From Lama glama (lineage: Eukaryota), in the NCBI GenBank assembly GCA_028534125.1, contig CM052817.1, positions 85,190,001 to 85,254,000 of the forward strand: DNA of 64,000 bases, read 5' to 3'. The position numbers were made by a program, and so were the translations under genes. Under the pieces are notes generated by a model. It was not told the origin of the DNA and did no database searches. It worked only from the letters and a program-made list of their open reading frames with translations. Positions 25,910 through 39,194 of this stretch are shown piece by piece; positions within the stretch are counted from its first letter, which is position 1; each line of letters opens with the position of its first letter.

Positions 25910-26676
25910 TTGAGTTATTTTTGGCTCCTTTGGTCTTTCTTGTTCTCACATCCAACTCATCAGGGAATAATAATGGAATATATTCAGAAAGCGATCCTGA
26001 TCAGTTTCATCACTACTCCTGCTATCCCTGTGAGCCCTGGCAATGTTATTTCTCACCTGGATTAGTATTAGTATAATTGTAGCCCTACCATTCTGTGGAT
26101 TCCTACTGTTGTCTCTTCTCGAAATAATAGAGAGATCCTGTGAAAATATGTCAGATCATGCTCTTTATATCAAACCCTGCAGTGGCTTCTCAGTTCCCTA
26201 AGAATAAGAGCTAACATCCTTACAGTTATTGACAAAGCACTGAATGATCTGCACCCCTGCTCCTTGTCATCTCTTTGACCTTGTCTTTTACTCCTGCTTC
26301 CCTGGCCATTACTGTTCTACTCCCAGGTAACTGCTTGCTAACTTTCTCACCTCTTCCAGGTCTCTGTACAGATGCCACTTTCTCAATAACCCCTATTCCT
26401 ATTATGTTATTTAGAATTGCATTATAGACACCCTGTCCTCCTTACATGGCTGTACTTTTTTCTGTTTTTCAGTAGTTTGTATCATTTTGTGTTATGCTGT
26501 ATATTTTAGCTATTAGTTAAATTTTTATTGTCTGTTCTCTCTGACCAAGAAGGTAAACTTACATAGATTGAAAGTCTTTCTTCACTATGTTTTCTTCACT
26601 AATAAAGTCTGAGTCCTAGAACAGATACTGGCACAGAATAAGCACTCAATAAATATTTTTCAGTGAATGAATGAAT
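25910..26676 (+). mobile_element. LINE-2 3' fragment
   Basis: tcagatcatg...aaccctgcagtggcttctc...cctagaacagatactggcacagaataagcactcaataaatatttt...gaatgaatgaa, the L2 3' terminus. Confidence 0.75.
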
Positions 26677-26828
26677 TAACAGACGAAAAAGGATGAGTCT
26701 TTATTATGCTTTGGAAGCCTCGAGTTATTGCTCCATTCTAAATACTTCATGTAGATTCAGTGTCCCCTGTGCTGGCACATGTAATAGCAGTATGTGACTC
26801 TCCCAATTAAGAATCATACCATTCTCTA

Positions 26829-26990
26829 GGGGTGGGTATAGCTCAATTGGTAGAGTGCATGCTTAGCATGCACAAGGTCCTGGGTTCAATCTCCAGTACC
26901 TCAATTAAATAAGTAAATAAATAAACCTAATTATATCCCCTCTTAAAAAACAAAACAAAACAAAACCAGACGAAAACAAACAAACAAAAA
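26829..26990 (+). mobile_element. tRNA-Ala-derived SINE (camelid vic-1-like)
   Basis: gggtatagctcaattggtagagtgcatgcttagcatgcacaaggtcctgggttcaatctccagtacctc (A and B boxes), an AT-rich body and an (AAAAC)n tail. Homologous to 62471-62643. Confidence 0.9.
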
Positions 26991-27496
26991 ATAAGCATTC
27001 TCAAGACATTTTACCTGTTCTTCTCTTTCATACCCATCCACCAGATTAAATCCTAGAAGTTCTTTATTCCTTTTTCTGAAAATCATACTATGTTGCAGAA
27101 TAATTTGATAAACCAATAACAAACAAAGGTCTATAAGGCATAATGTGTCACCTACAATAAGTTGTGTTTAATTTTCACAGATTCTTTCATTGTCTAACTT
27201 AAAGAATGCCTTGTGCAGCAAGTTTAATCAGGAGTTCAGGGCCAGATGGGGCACATTATGAAGAACAAAGACCTTTTAGGTCATATTTCTAGTCAGAACT
27301 CATAAGCAAGTTATACATAAGAAGAGTATGGACAAAACAAATACTATGGATGATTAAGTTTTTTCTCAAATATAGGAACTTGGCAATAGGATTACTTTTT
27401 AGTTATCTATTTCATATAACCCAATGAACAGTTTAATATTAGTACATGAATGCCAGGAAAATGCAATCATGTATGTGAGACTATTCTGTATTTTAT

Positions 27497-27990
27497 GTAC
27501 GTATATATGTAAGTATGTATGTATGTATTGAAGTACCATCAGTTACAATGTGTCAATGTCTGGTGTACAACACAGTGTTCCAGTCATGATTATACATAAT
27601 GTATTCATTTTCATATTTTTTCATTATAGGTTATTACAACATATTGAACATAGTTCCCTCTCCTATACAGCAGAAAAAATTTTTGAATGTATTTTTATAT
27701 ATAGTGGCTAACATTTCTAAATCTCAAACTCCCAAATTTATCCCTTCCCACCTCTTTCCCCCAGTAACCATTAGATTGTTTACTATGTCTGTGAGTCTGT
27801 TTCTGTTTTGTAGATGAATTCATAGTGCCCTTTTTTTTTTCTAGATTCCACATATGAGTGATATCATATTGTATTTTTCTTTCTCTTTCTGGCTTACTTA
27901 GAATGATGATCTGTAGGTCCATCCATGTTGGTGCAAATGACATTATTTTATTCTTTTTTATGGCTGAGTGGTATTCCATTGTATAAATAT
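27497..27990 (-). mobile_element. 5'-truncated LINE-1 (ORF2 C-terminus plus 3'UTR)
   Basis: ORF 27695-27979 MEYHSAIKKNKIMSFAPTWMDLQIIILS is the L1 ORF2 C-terminus. Candidate TSD tgtattttat at 27487-27496 and 27991-28000. Confidence 0.9.
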
Positions 27991-29694
27991 TGTATTTTAT
28001 TTATAATATATGTACATATGTACATATATGCACATATATGTCATGAAAAATAGAAGAACATATATAATTATTAATTAATGTAAATAGAATATATATAACA
28101 ACTTAACAATAAGTACAAAAAAGTTAATTGAGCCAAATGGAAAGATGGGGAAAACTAAGATGAAGTTAACTCTGTGTTTACACTTCCTAAAAAAGGAAAT
28201 CTCATTGTTTTTAATTTAATCACTTGTAGTTTAAATTAGTATATTTTAACTGCCCCTCAAAATAGTATTTTAAAATTTGACAACTTGAAAAAAAAAATGA
28301 TGTGAAGACCTGTAGAATGACTTGGAAAATAAGATTGAGTCTTGTCTGTTGTATTGTAATCTGTAATAAATGAAGACATTAAAAATTCAGTCCAATATCT
28401 CCTTCAAAAGAAAGAAAAGAATTTAGTTTACCCAGACTCTTTACTTTGTCCCATAGCTAAGCATTTATACAGATGTTAAACATTAGGTTTTCCATTATGT
28501 TGATTGATTCTAGGCATCTTAAGAATATTCCTCTCAGTAGATGTCAGCACAATGGGTTTTTAAAAAGCTGTTGTTTTGAGTGATGATAATCAAAGGAAAG
28601 AATATGACATTTCTAGGAGAATTGTACCATTTCGGTAAAATGTAAGATTAGCTCCTGGTGGTGCAGAGAAATACATAGTAATGTCAAACATATGAAATCC
28701 TTATACTGAGGTCTTGAATACTTGATCATAGGGGAAAGAAGTAGATGAAGAGAGATTATTTCAAGGTATTTTATGTATTTAAGAGGAATAATGTTTCTCA
28801 GTGCTGTTGTAGTCCTCGAAACACAGCAAAGGTCACTGTGGTAGGAAATGTCTCTGCTGATTTAGATAAATGTGGCCTCATTCCAATATATTCTGTTTTT
28901 CCTTTTATCCGATTGAAAACCTACCACAGGTCTTTACTGTAGGCTGTTAGACAGAGCACAGATATTTCATAAACCATAATGGGCTTATTAAGTTGGCACC
29001 AATTTTAGCCTTTAGGGCAGTTTACTTCATGATTTAAAACACTTCCCCCTCCCTTCTTTATTACAGAATACACAATACAGATGTTCCTGTTTTGAAAAGC
29101 TAATGTTAATGATATCTCCCAATCCATGTGCTGGTATTAGTACACAAATGTGAGGTAATAGACCGTATTTCATGAATGAAAATGAATATGGAGATGTGCT
29201 GTGGATGAGTAATTTACAGTAAAAGAGGCACTCAATAAATTGGCCTTTTAAAAACTTAATGATTCTAATGTTTAATTTATGCCTATGCTGGCTGCTTGCC
29301 ATAATTAAATAAATAAGGAAAAGTCAGACGTAAAAATCATATAATGAAAAAAACTTTGAAATTTAAAAATCATTATTTTAGGATTATTCTAAACCCAACA
29401 CTGTTAGATAAGTTTAAAATATATGCAGTCTTTAATTTGGATGAGAATCCTATATGTGGGATTATTATTGTTACTATTTTTCAGAGAAGGAAAATTTCTC
29501 CAAAACCTCATATCTAGTGAGTACCAAGGAAGATTCAGATCTGGATGCAATAATTTCAGAGTCTATACTTTTAACCACTGTACCACTAATAATTTGGATA
29601 AAATGTAAATGAAGAGATAAAATTAGTAATAGAAAGTTGTAGGTAGAGGACTAAAGAAAGAAGGATACACTGATCAATAAAATCAAATTAAAAA

Positions 29695-29868
29695 CATAAG
29701 GAACTATATTCAATATCTTGTAGTAACTTACAGTGAAAAAGAATATGAAAACAAATATATATATGTTTATGTATGACTGAAGCATTATGCTGTACACCAG
29801 AAATTGACACAACATTGTAAACTGACTATATTTTAATAAAAGTATATATTAAAAATTAAAAATAAAAT
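29695..29868 (+). mobile_element. LINE-1 3'UTR fragment
   Basis: ggaactatattcaatatcttgtag...gctgtacaccagaaattgacacaacattgtaaactgactata, then AATAAA and an A-rich tail. Confidence 0.85.
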
Positions 29869-30169
29869 GTACATAGTAGAGAAAATGTAAAACAAGTATT
29901 TAATGAAATATTTGACTTTTAATAAAATATTTAATGAGACATTAATAATATTTAATTAAATACATCACAACCCTGACCAAAAGCATTACATTTTATTTAA
30001 ACAAGATTACAAGAAAGGAAATAGACTGTTAAGAGAATGAAATTATGTTAAAAGAAAAATAGCAACATGAAGTGTAAACTTTAACACACTGACCTAATTC
30101 CGGAGCAAAAAACAATGCACAGTGGTCAGGATTCCAGTTCTGCCTGGTTCCTTCATTCTCTTAGGCACA

Positions 30170-31370
30170 TATGCATTCCTTAATATATTTTGGGCGTTTT
30201 CCATGCTGTAGGCAGTAACATAGGTGCTAGAAATTCCCAGGTACACAAATCAGACCCTGTTCCCTCCCCTCATTGAGCTTACATTACATTATCCTTGTTG
30301 TTGAGGGAGACAGGTGATGAACACATTCATAAATAAAGTGTATTCTATAAGTGCTATGGGGAGAAGTAAAGCAGATGAGGACAGGGGATGCGAGGAGATT
30401 GTAGTTTTAAATAAGGTGATCAGGGAGAATTTTACACATTATGTGTTACTTCAGGAAAGAACTGGAGAAACCTTTTGGATATCTAGAAGAAAAATATTTC
30501 AATCAGAAAGGACTGGAGATGTAAGTTCCCTGAGTGTAGAGTGAGTTGAAAATCCTTCAAAGAAAGCAAAGAGGCCTAGTTAGCTTCTTGTATCTCCTAT
30601 AGCAATTCACCACAAATATGGTGGCTTAAGACAACAGAAATTCATTTTCTCACAGTTATGGAGGCCAGAACTTTGAAATAAAGGTGTTGTGCCAAACTTT
30701 CTCTGATGACTCTGTAGGAGATACCATTTCCTGCCTCTTCCAAATTCTGGTGGCTGCAGATGTTGCTGGGTTTGTGGCCATATCACTCCCATCTCTGTCT
30801 CTGTCTTCACATTGTCTTTTCTTCAGCTGTCTCTCTCAAAACTCCCTCTGCTTCTCTTTTATAAGGATATATATGATTGCATTTATGGCCACTCAGATTA
30901 TCCAGGAAAAGCAGATCCTCTACTGACCCTTAATTTAATCACTTCTTTTGTCCTCTAAGGTATAATTCACAAGTTATGTTGATTTGAGGTGAATACCTTA
31001 TGATGGTGATGGGTGGGGGGCATTTTTCAGCCCACCACAGAGACCAATTTGACTAAAAGCAGAGAGAGTAAGGTTAGAGCTGAGGGAGGGTGGGAAGGGA
31101 ACAGAGAGTATAGATATAGCATAATTATATTAGCTTTAACTCTGAGTAAGATGTAGCCACTGGATGACTTTGAACAGATAACTGACATCATCTGACTTCT
31201 ATTCTTAAAGTGCCGTGGTGAGAACAGATCAAGGAAGATAAGAGTGGAAGTGAGGGACCAGTTTGGAGTTCTGTGCAGTTGTCTGGGTGACAGATGTGTG
31301 CTGGATTAGAGGGGGTTGGAAAGTGATAGAAATAATGAGAATGGTTGCATTTTAATATTATTTGCAGGAA
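30170..31370 (-). mobile_element. LINE-2 fragment interrupted by an MLT1 LTR
   Basis: L2-like motifs (ccctgttccctcccctcattgagcttaca and gacatcatctgactt) on both sides of 30575-31039. Confidence 0.55.
30575..31039 (-). mobile_element. MaLR solo LTR (MLT1C/D-like)
   Basis: accacaaatatggtggcttaagacaacagaaattcattttctcacagttatggaggccagaa...ttcagcccaccaca. Confidence 0.85.
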
Positions 31371-32284
31371 GTTTGGAATTCTTAGGAGCTATGGCTGAGC
31401 TCCATTTTGCAGGAGATCCCTGAAAGCATTGGTTCCTAGGAAAATATCTTCACCAAGGAGAGCAGCAGTATCAGAGAGGCTTTGGTCTTTTCCATGGTCC
31501 CAGCAACCTAAGCTCTTACATCTAACCACGTATGTGAAGACTCTTGAACTCAAACTTGGCTAACTTCTCATTGGAGAAAGCATGTTCCCTGTCATGTCTA
31601 TAGATTGAGCTAGTAAAGGAACATTTGGCATTGAGTGAAGTTAACAGATCCAGAATTCCAAGTCGTTTGTGGAAAAAAAAAATCAGCTTGGGGAATGGGG
31701 TTGAATAGAACCTTAGCAAAAATATGGAATATCATCAGAGCCTTTCTTTTAGCATAAAACACTGCCAGAACAGGGAAATAAATGCTGTAGAGCAAAGCTG
31801 AAAACTGATGGGGCATGTTAGTGAAATTCAACCCACAGATTTGTTACATTTACACAGCAAAATGTTTGAATTTGTTGTCAACATTTAAAAATTGAGCATT
31901 TTCATATAAAAATCAATGTAGAAATGTGTATTTCCAACTTGCGAAATGAAAAAACTATGTTCCTACATAACACTAAGCTGTTGGAGCCTTACAGAAGAGT
32001 CCTACTTTAGAAATCCCCACAAGTCTCTTCCCTCCCTCCTTTCTTTTCTGAATGAAGTTACAGAGTTCTCTGCCCTCCAGGTCCAGTCTGGCTGCTTACT
32101 GAGGCCCATTGCAAAGCTGGAATCTTGGGATGCCCCTTCTTCATCCTGAGAATTCTGCTCACCTTTGTTACATGCCTCATTTTTAAGATCCCAGTATGTA
32201 CTATTTCCAAATTTATTTCCTCATTTGGTGGAGCATATTTGCAATAGTTGGAGAACCAACTGGAAAGTTTAGAGGAAGCACGGT

Positions 32285-32879
32285 CCACCAGTTCACCAGC
32301 TTCACTTCTGGCAGCAATTATAAGTTTGGGAGATTTTCAGAATCACCTTCAATTTTGATAATTTGCTAGAAGGATTCACAAAAGTTCTGAAAGCTGTTTT
32401 ACTCATGGTTACAATGTATGACAGGGAAGGAAAACAAATAAAGGTCAGCCAGGGTTAGGAGCACATAGGGGAAGACTGGGGGAGTACCAAATACAGAATT
32501 TCCTATGGTGTTGAAAGTTATTACTTTCCAGGTATGTTGTAGGATAATATGCGTAAAGTAATGCCAAACAGGGACACTAACCTGAGACGTGGTTCAGTTT
32601 TTATTGGGGTTTCATTACATAGGCATGATTGATGGATTGATTGCAATCCCCAGACTGATATCATGTGACCGCAAACACTTACCCTAAATTATTTGTCTTT
32701 CTGGTATGGCCAGTCCCCACCCTTAAGTGTGGTCAGCTTCCACCCTAAATTATATTGTTAAACTGTCTGGTATGATACAAAGACCATCAGGTAAAAAAAG
32801 ACATTTCTACTAGGCATAAAATTCCAAGGGCAAAGGCTAGACCATCTTTTTGAGCAAGGATAAATCCTCTGCTATACAC
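32285..32879 (-). mobile_element. ERVL LTR (MER77/MER21-like)
   Basis: gataatttgctagaaggattcaca...gaaagctgttttactcatggtta...ggcaaaggctagaccatctttttgagcaaggataaatcc. Confidence 0.75.
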
Positions 32880-33059
32880 TATTCTATAGTAATTTCTTAT
32901 GACTGGTACTTGGGAGTCAAAAAACATAGAAAATTATTAAACTGTACAATGATTATTAATTTGGCAGGGTAAAGAATTCTACCCTCTCCCTCCACCCACT
33001 TCCAGTCAACATACATTTTTCATTCATAAAGCAATACTCTAGCTTTTAATGATATTTTA

Positions 33060-34900
33060 ACAATTCTGATAACTTTCTGACTCTTGATCAATTATAGATG
33101 ACTTTCTTTTGCTCTCTGATGCTTTTAGAATTTTCTCTGCATCCCTAGTGTTCTTAAATTTCACAATTATGTGCCTTGGAATAAATCCCTTTCCATTCAT
33201 TATTTAAGAATTTGATTGGCTTTTTTAAACTAAGGGCCTCATATTCTTAAGTTCTAGAACACTTACTTGTATTATTTTCTTAATAATTCTACCTTTTGGT
33301 AGTCTTTTTTTTTTTTTTTAACTTCTGTTACTCAGGAAGTGAACTACTTGAATCAATCATGTGATGTTAGCTTTTTTCCTTAAATTTTCATCTCTCTCTT
33401 TTGTGGCTTTTAGCAGAAAGACTTTTAATTTTAAAATTTAATTTAATTTTAATTTTAATTTTCTCTTTAGAAAGTTTTTTAAAATTTCTACTATTATGGG
33501 TTTAATTCAAGTGTTTTATTTGTTTTCTGAATGCTGCTTGTATAGTATCTTGGTATCATTTTACTGGTACATTATCTTCTCTTTACATTTAAAGATACTA
33601 AATTTAGAATTTTGGGAAATATTTTTCTCTGCTCTTTGTGTCATCTTTTACCTTTTTTCTATTTGTTCTGGCCTTAATCATTTCTCTAAGTGACTTTCCT
33701 CTAAATCAGTATTTCTTACAGTTTATTCATATTTACTGTTGAAACAGCAATATGGTTATTGGAAATACTGTATGAATAGGTGGTATTTGTTGACTGGTAT
33801 ATCTCTCTGCAAAGGTAATGAGGATAATTAGGAAATTAGGAAAATTCTATAGTTTTTCAGGGCCTTTTTTCTTGGGAAGAACAGTTGCAAGAGGGTTGGA
33901 GTCCCTCAAACTCCTACTAGGAGTGTAGGCCTAGCTATTAGCATTTGAGAGGAGCTGGAGGCCACAATGTAACATAAAAATTTTAATATTTTCTGGGTGA
34001 AGATAATTACTACTACCCTTGATGATACTAAGCATCTCCAAGATTATAAACTGTGTGGTTCAATATTTCCAGGGAGTAAACTTCCATATTTTACCAAAGT
34101 AGAAAGGGGTAGTTGCTTAGTATGAACAGATCTTCCTCAGTCTACACTGGGTTTACTGGGTTTGATCCAGTAAACCCTTCGTAAGTTAAAAACCCATAGC
34201 AGAAAATGCATTTAATATGCCTAACCTATTGAACATTGTAGCTTAGCCTCACCTACCTTAAACATGCTACAGCCTAGAGTTGGGCAAAATCATCTAAGCT
34301 GTTTTTATAATGAAGTGTTGAATATTTCGTATAATTTACTGACTACTGTACTGAAAGTGAGAAAATGAATGGTTGTATAAGTATGGGTGGTTGTAAGAGT
34401 GTGAGTTACTTACATACCTCATGATTGGGTGGCAGACTGGGAGCTGGGCTCACTGCCGCTGCCGCTGCCCGGTATCTGCTGCATAACGCTAGCCCAGGAA
34501 AGATCAAAATTTAAAATTCAAAGTAAGGTTTCTACTGAATGCATATTGCTTTTGCCCCATTGTAAAGCAGAACTGTCCTAAGTTGGGGGTCATTTGCTTT
34601 GCGGGGAGGCATCTGAGATTGTAAATGCCTGTCGTATAAACTTCCCAGTAGTCTTTTCTATAATTAGTTTCACAAAAACTTACCATGTGACATACCTGAT
34701 TTCTCCAAATCTTGAGCCTTTTAACAGCCTTGCAGGATGAATCAACCTGCATTTGATGTCCTCCCCCATTGAAAGCTGGGGTTTCATTTTTTTCTCATAT
34801 AAGTAGTCTAATTGTACATCAACTTTTCAGCTTATAATATGTAGTTGGCAGCTTTTGTCTGCTGGTAGTATCCCATCTTGTTTCCTTGTGGGTTCTCGCT
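33060..34900 (-). mobile_element. Old L1M fragment (T-rich, ORF1/5' region) interrupted by a Tigger MITE
   Basis: gcttttagaattttctct...gtgttcttaaatttcacaattatgtgccttgg motif and strong T skew. Boundaries are uncertain. Confidence 0.5.
34127..34596. mobile_element. Tigger5/MER47-like DNA transposon MITE
   Basis: gaaaatgcatttaatatgcctaacctattgaacattgtagcttagcct...gttgggcaaaatcatctaa...ggtttctactgaatgcatattgcttt. Confidence 0.8.
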
Positions 34901-35829
34901 AGTTTTTTAATCTTTTTACTGCTATTTCAATGGCAATTTCAACCTGCTTTCAGATTCTGGCTAAATGCTTCTACTTGCTTGGAAATGCTTGGAGAAATTC
35001 TTGTATTTCATTGTATTCAGCCTCCCATGCAAGACGAGCAGTCAAAATCTACTATTGACCAGTGTAATGAGCAACCTCCAATTAAAATGCTACCATAGCA
35101 TTACCACATCTGAGTTTATTTCTTCTATTCAAAGAATGGATTAATAAATAACATTTCAGTTGCATACTACAGGGATTGTGTATGTAATGTGAAATAATTT
35201 TTAAAGTTATAGCAGATTTATTCTGCCTAATCTGAGGTTATTTATTTTACAGATATTTACACATATATTTATTTTAGAGCCTTAGATCCATTTATCTCCT
35301 TACACATATCCACTTATGCATATGCTCATCCAGTTGCTGTTACAAATCAAATTTATTGAGTATCTCCAAAGACGCAGATCTGGAACTATGGACTGAGAAT
35401 GCAGAGATTGATAAAGTGTAATTTTTGCCTTCACAGAGATAACAGTTTAACAGGATTCCTATTTGTGTTGAGATAAATTGGAGCTGGGAGCTCAGGTATC
35501 AAACAGACTTCACAGGTCAGAACACTGCAAAGAATCAGAAAGTAAACAATGAAAAGCTTTTGCAAATTAAAATAATCCTTGTCTTATTCATAAATTAAAA
35601 CTTGAATACTGTATTCATAAGAATTTTCTCTAGACTCATATGAATTACATTTGCCCATATTATAGATTTAATTTTAACAAATTCAGTTGTATGATTTCCC
35701 AGAATGTCTGATACTTAAAGTAGCAAATAAATGCAGGCTGCAGCTAAGAGGGAAGGAAAGTAGCCTTAGGCTGAAAAGATTCCTTGCTGTGAAGGAGTAT
35801 CTACAAGCAGTGCCAGTGGCTTTAAAAGA

Positions 35830-36030
35830 CCAGGTGTGGTCCTGGTTCTGCTGCCTGTAAACAAGGTTGCCTTGGATGAGTCACATTAAGTTTCTAGGCC
35901 TCAGTTTCCTTATTTGTGAACTAGAAAAATGATTGTACTGACCTTCCAGAGTTCTTAGAATGATTAAATAAAATAATACACATAAAGTACATGAAAATTA
36001 GTAGCAGCACAACGAATAGTAAATGTTTAT
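35830..36030 (+). mobile_element. MIR SINE
   Basis: ccttggatgagtcacattaagtttctaggcctcagtttccttatttgtgaa MIR core. Confidence 0.75.
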
Positions 36031-38688
36031 CATCGTTATGAAAGCACAACTGACTGGCATGATTTAGCATAGCTGAAAATGGCTCAACACAATTTCTAAG
36101 ACCATTTAATTAAAAACTTCAGCATGGTGCAGTGTCTGGGAAGCATGTCTGCCAGGGCCTAACCTACAATCAGAAACTGTGTATTTAAAAGAGTGAATTG
36201 TATTCAGAGGATGGTTTACATGGTTACCAAATAGTTGAGAAGCTAAATGGAACAGGAGATATTGAGGCAACCCAGATGTAGTCCCCAGCAAAAAGCCCTC
36301 ATCCCTCCTCCGCAGAAAAGATTCAGAGTTGTTGAATCTGAGGACCCCAAGTCACAGCAAGAGTGGCAGGCTGTGCAGGTCAGATGAACACACCTTCAGT
36401 GGGAGAAGGAGAGATACCCTGGTTTCTCCTGCTTCATCCCCAGCCCCCACTGACCTCAGAATCTGGGAAATCCAGTAGGAGGTTACAGGCCACATCACAG
36501 GGCAGAGCAGAAGCCGGCCAAGAATGGATATGCAGGCAAATGGGCTCAGGACTGGTACCGGCAGATAACATGACTATGTTACTCACACTAACTAGAGGAC
36601 TACTGAAACTATTGGATGTTCAGTCTCAAATGCACCCCCAAATCACTTCAAATAATAATTTTTAGTTATGCAGAAATCTTGGCAAACTCAAGTTTCGTAT
36701 TTTTTAAAGTTACAGATGTCTATGTGTTTGTGCACACTCATGTGTGTGTAAGGACAGAGAAGAAGGGAGAAGAAAGAGTAAATATTTCCCAAGCTGAATA
36801 GTCATTTTCCTATGCTGCTATATATAGCACCTCACACCCTTATTTTTGTTTCCAAAGCTCTATATCAAGCACATTTATTCCTTTTGAGTCTGTTTCTCTC
36901 CCTTTGCCTTCCCCTATATGTAGGCTGGCCTAGTGGAGAGTGGACTCATTTGTTATTTATTATTTCATTCCTAGCACGTCTGATGTAGTAGGTGCCACAT
37001 AGCAGATGTTTAATAAATATTTGTTGAACTGAATTGAGAAATTACAAACAACCAGATCCCCTTCTTCAAGTTCTTTGTTCAAAAGTTGATGTAAAAAATG
37101 AGTAGCAGACTGCCAGTTCTTGGAAAACAGGAAAAGCAAATTTGAAAGTTGTGTGATACATTGCTGTAATATTTTTGGGTGTTTTAATAAAATTCCTTAG
37201 TGGGAGATTCTGCAATTAGTTCATACTTCATTATAAAAACTTATATGGAGTTTTTTCCTTCTCTTAAGACTAAATAGATCATTTGTTTTCTGAACTTTCT
37301 TGTAGTGCCTCTTTAATGTTATTGTTAATATATTCTTACGTATGACAGTGCAAATAAATCAGTTATTATTTAACAAAATATCTCCTGTGTTCAGAGAAAT
37401 CATCTTCAGATGTAAGTGGCAGATGTGGGTCCTGGGTGTGAGGGTGCTGAGGCTGTGATACCTGCCACCACACTGGGAGGCTGGAGTCAGTTGATCCGAG
37501 TGACTATGAAAGGTATTTATATTTTCTTCTTCCCTAATGCATATGTCTCTCCCTGAATGTTAGTCAGTGGTAACTCTCCTTAGGCTGCTCAGACCAGAAG
37601 CCTCTGAGTCATCCTTAGTGTTTCTCTGACTCATTCTCGTATTACCTGTAAAGAAGCTGTTTTAAAGGAAAGAGATTTTTCTGTGAATGAGGGAGGTACT
37701 TATGACTACATGTTTCTTTCATGGAAGTTTGTTCTGTTTGTTAAGAGGGTCCTATGTAAATATATATTGATTTCTTCAAACAAAAATAAATGTAAATAAA
37801 TACTAAAATTTTGCCAAATTTGAAAATCACTTCTGAACCAGGTTACTTACATGCACTGTTTAGGTATGTACGCACTTGTATATTTCTCTTCAAAGTTGCC
37901 AACCACAAGCTATTCTGGAACTACTGCACCTCCCACTTGCTTCAATGGTTGCAATTAGGAAAAAGTGATAAAAGCTGTCTCTGAGGTGTGTGTGCCTTGA
38001 AGCCTCTTCTCTGGTCTTAGTTTCCAGTTTTCTTCAAACAACTCCTGATCCACCGTCAGCATGGTGGGGGAGCTGACTTTCAGTTCCTTTTACCTTTTGC
38101 AACTATATTGCTGACTGTGCATTCTTAAAAAGGTCTTAAACTGGTACCTGACAGAGTTATTTATAAAAATAGTAAGACTTTGATGTTCTTGTTTTCTTCC
38201 CTTTGAAGTATGCAGTGGCAGTGAAAGATTGTGTAGACTAAATGACCTTCCCAAGGGTAACTTTTATTAGGAACCAAATGAGTCTTGCCTTTCACTGATG
38301 TTTTTTTCTAGCTTTTATATGTGCAGGTAACTCCAAAGACAAGCTTCCTGTAAATAGACACTGCTTTGTGGACTCATACTCGTAATTCTTGTAAAATGAA
38401 ATCAGTGAAAGGTGGTTTAAAAGATCACCACCTCTTTGCTATGAAACAGTTTTCTTTATTTAATTATATCAAATAAATATAAAACACTCTGGTCAGTAAT
38501 TAATGACTAGAAGTATTTTATATTTACTAATAACAGTAAAAATGTCTATCTCGTAATTCTTCATTGGAGATTCAAGCTTTTTATTATCTTGTAGGGAAAA
38601 CAAAATAACAAGATGAGAGTGACCATAAAAATGGGCTATCAATTTTTGATATTTAAAGTAAAAATTTATCAAAAATTAAGATAATTCT

Positions 38689-39194
38689 TGTTGGGCCAAA
38701 TGACTTCCTTCAAAGTCCAAGGACCTCCATTCCTGGGTTCTCAGATGTCTGACATTCTTTACAGGGCGTGTTTCCCCTAACAAACTAATAGGCCCAGGTG
38801 ATGCCTACCTTATCAGAGTCAAACCCCATCGCCCTTCACGGATCCTAAACCTCTTACCTCACCTGCAACCAATCAGAGACTTGTGCACAAGCCGATCAGG
38901 CACCTTGTGAGGTAACCTTATAAAACATCCCAGCAGCTGGCCCTTGGTGCTCACGCAGGCACCCCTCGCCTGTGTGGCCCACTGTTGCCTATAGCAGCAT
39001 AACTATTGAACTTTTCCCTTGTCCTTGGCCCCGACGCTCACACAGGCACCTACCTCTTGCCTGTGTGGCCTGCTGTTTATGGCAGTGTACCCTAATAAAA
39101 TCCTTTCTATTCCCGTACCTTATCTCTGGTAAATTCTTTTACCAACCTGTGACAATCACCGTGTCACAGACCAGCTGCCCTGTTGTGACCCACA
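38689..39194 (+). mobile_element. Well-preserved ERV LTR (class I-like), possibly followed by a short leader remnant
   Basis: TG (38689)...CA (39194), CCAAT 38869-38873, TATAAAA 38919-38925, AATAAA 39094-39099, with flanks attct/cttct. Confidence 0.85.

Noticed and set aside
26829..26903. tRNA-Ala gene (also at 62471-62545)
   Set aside because: It is followed by a SINE body and A-rich tail, has CpG-decayed stems, and the second copy has a TSD. These are SINE heads, not tRNA genes
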